From assembly GCA_965153285.1 (NCBI GenBank), contig OZ229117.1: a stretch of DNA of 64,000 nucleotides; one strand, given 5' to 3'. The DNA comes from Podarcis tiliguerta. Its lineage: Eukaryota. Below the pieces are notes generated by a model. The model made no database searches, was not told the origin of the DNA, and was given only the letters and a program-made list of their open reading frames with translations. Below, one piece after another: positions 42,856 through 64,000 of this stretch. Numbering within the stretch: the first letter of the stretch is position 1; each line of letters opens with the position of its first letter. The translations under genes were made by a program, and so were the position numbers.

Positions 42856-43054
42856 CTGGGTAGTCAACCCTTTTATACCTACCGCCCACTAATGCATCTT
42901 TCTTGATGATAAAATTTCCTTACCATACAAAGCCCATTGAAGTTGGAAAATGTCCCCGGATTCATTGAAAAAAATTTGGTAACCTTACCCTACCACCCAC
43001 CAGAATCCTGAAACGCCCACTAGTGGGCGGTAGGAACCAGGTTGACAACCCCTG
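42856..43054. mobile_element. hAT (Charlie-like) MITE
   Basis: CTGGGTAGTCAACC ... GGTTGACAACCCCTG; inner CCTACCGCCCACTA/TAGTGGGCGGTAGG; perfect TSD GTCTAGGA. Confidence 0.85.
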
Positions 43055-43113
43055 GTCTAGGAACTAGTTCCCTCTCCACAAGAAAAGTAGCAAGGAGGTT
43101 GTTCCTAAATATC

Positions 43114-43119
43114 TTTATT
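43114..43119 (-). terminator. SNRNP200: Probable SNRNP200 polyadenylation signal AATAAA
   Basis: TTTATT on + strand, ~290 nt past the stop codon. Confidence 0.7.
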
Positions 43120-43409
43120 TGGGAAAACAAGTAGGAACACAGCAGAACTAACTGAGTCCACTCACATAAAAATACTGTGCACAAAACTTTTTGAGTTGCT
43201 CAGTTAAAAAAAACAAAACAGGAAGGGCAGAGGTAATTTCTCGAATGCCAGTTGAAAGTGAACAGATACAGTCAAGTATGGAGCAACCTAACTCTCCAGC
43301 CAGCAGGAAGCAGAAGTTCACAAATGTCTCTAGAAGCAGATATTGTGGACATCCCATTCCATGGAGGCTCAGAACTGCACTCATACAAGACAGAAGGTGA
43401 AGGCCCAGC

Positions 43410-63244
<19,835 letters not shown>

Positions 63245-63353
63245 TCAGAGTCAGCAGTTTCCAGCAACCTGTCATGCCTCAAATTCTGGAAGGGATAGAA
63301 TGGGGCATCACAGCATGCTTTAAAGGCCACCTCTGCTGGCCATCAGGCAAGGG

Positions 63354-63489
63354 CAGGCATAGGCAAACTCGGCCCTCCAGATGTTTTGAGACTACAGTTC
63401 CCATCATCCCTGACTACTGGTCCTGTTAGCTAGGGATGATGGGAGTTGTAGTCCCAAAACATTTGGAGGGCCAAGTTTGCCTATGCCTG
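63354..63489. mobile_element. 136-bp palindromic hAT MITE (third copy)
   Basis: TIR CAGGCATAGGCAAACT; perfect TSD GGCAAGGG. Confidence 0.9.
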
Positions 63490-64000
63490 GGCAAGGGCTT
63501 TTCCCACCTGCCTTGCCCCAACCTCCAGCCCTTTCAGCCCTAGAGCTTTCAGAAGGGAGTTGCTGTCATGACCATTCTGCGTATGTGCCTTCTGATGAAC
63601 TGAGTAGAAGACTATGAGTCATGGGGTGGAGAGTGTGTGTGTGAATTCAACAGTGCTTAGTTTGTTTTTGGTTGTTAGTTTGTTAATATTGTTTTGTGGA
63701 TTATGAGTGCTGTCATGGTTTGTGAATTTTATAATATGACTTTTCTTGTGGTTGTGCTGTTTAGCCTATATTTTAAATTGTTTTGTTAATAGCATTTTAT
63801 AGAAAGTGGTTGTTTTACTGATAATCTGTAATTGCTCTACTAATGATTTGTTTATTTTTTATATGATTTACGCTGTAATTTGTGGTGTTCTAATATATTA
63901 TTATTTACTGTGTATAAGATGCTTTGTGACTTGTGTGAGTGAAAAGTGGCATAGAAATATAATAAATGGAATGAAAATGCAAAGGACAGGTCCTTCAAAT

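Overview
Eukaryotic, intron-rich vertebrate DNA from a squamate reptile. Sauria SINEs, Bov-B and the MITE set suggest a lacertid-type lizard, but the species is inference. The window holds the four-gene block known from human 2q11.2 in the same order and orientation: STARD7 (- strand; 7 of 8 coding exons, last one off the left edge), TMEM127 (-, complete, 238 aa), CIAO1 (+, complete, 339 aa, sharing a bidirectional CpG-island promoter with TMEM127) and SNRNP200/Brr2 (-, last 25 exons, 1222 codons plus stop; 5' part off the right edge). All coding exons were placed by translation, GT-AG sites and phase continuity. Introns hold many LINE fragments (CR1, L2, L1, RTE/Bov-B), SINEs, hAT and Tc1/mariner MITEs (several with readable target-site duplications) and one probable solo LTR. 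I see no prokaryotic-type system, CRISPR array or new protein-coding gene, and I cannot support a wholly new biological system. The best leads are (i) a young palindromic hAT MITE carrying paired ZNF143-like motifs, one copy lying next to a promoter with a native ZNF143 motif, (ii) a remodelled STARD7 N-terminus (extension; human Met76 replaced by TTG-Leu), and (iii) apparent extra 5'UTR exons in STARD7 and CIAO1. Human comparisons are from memory and should be verified by alignment.
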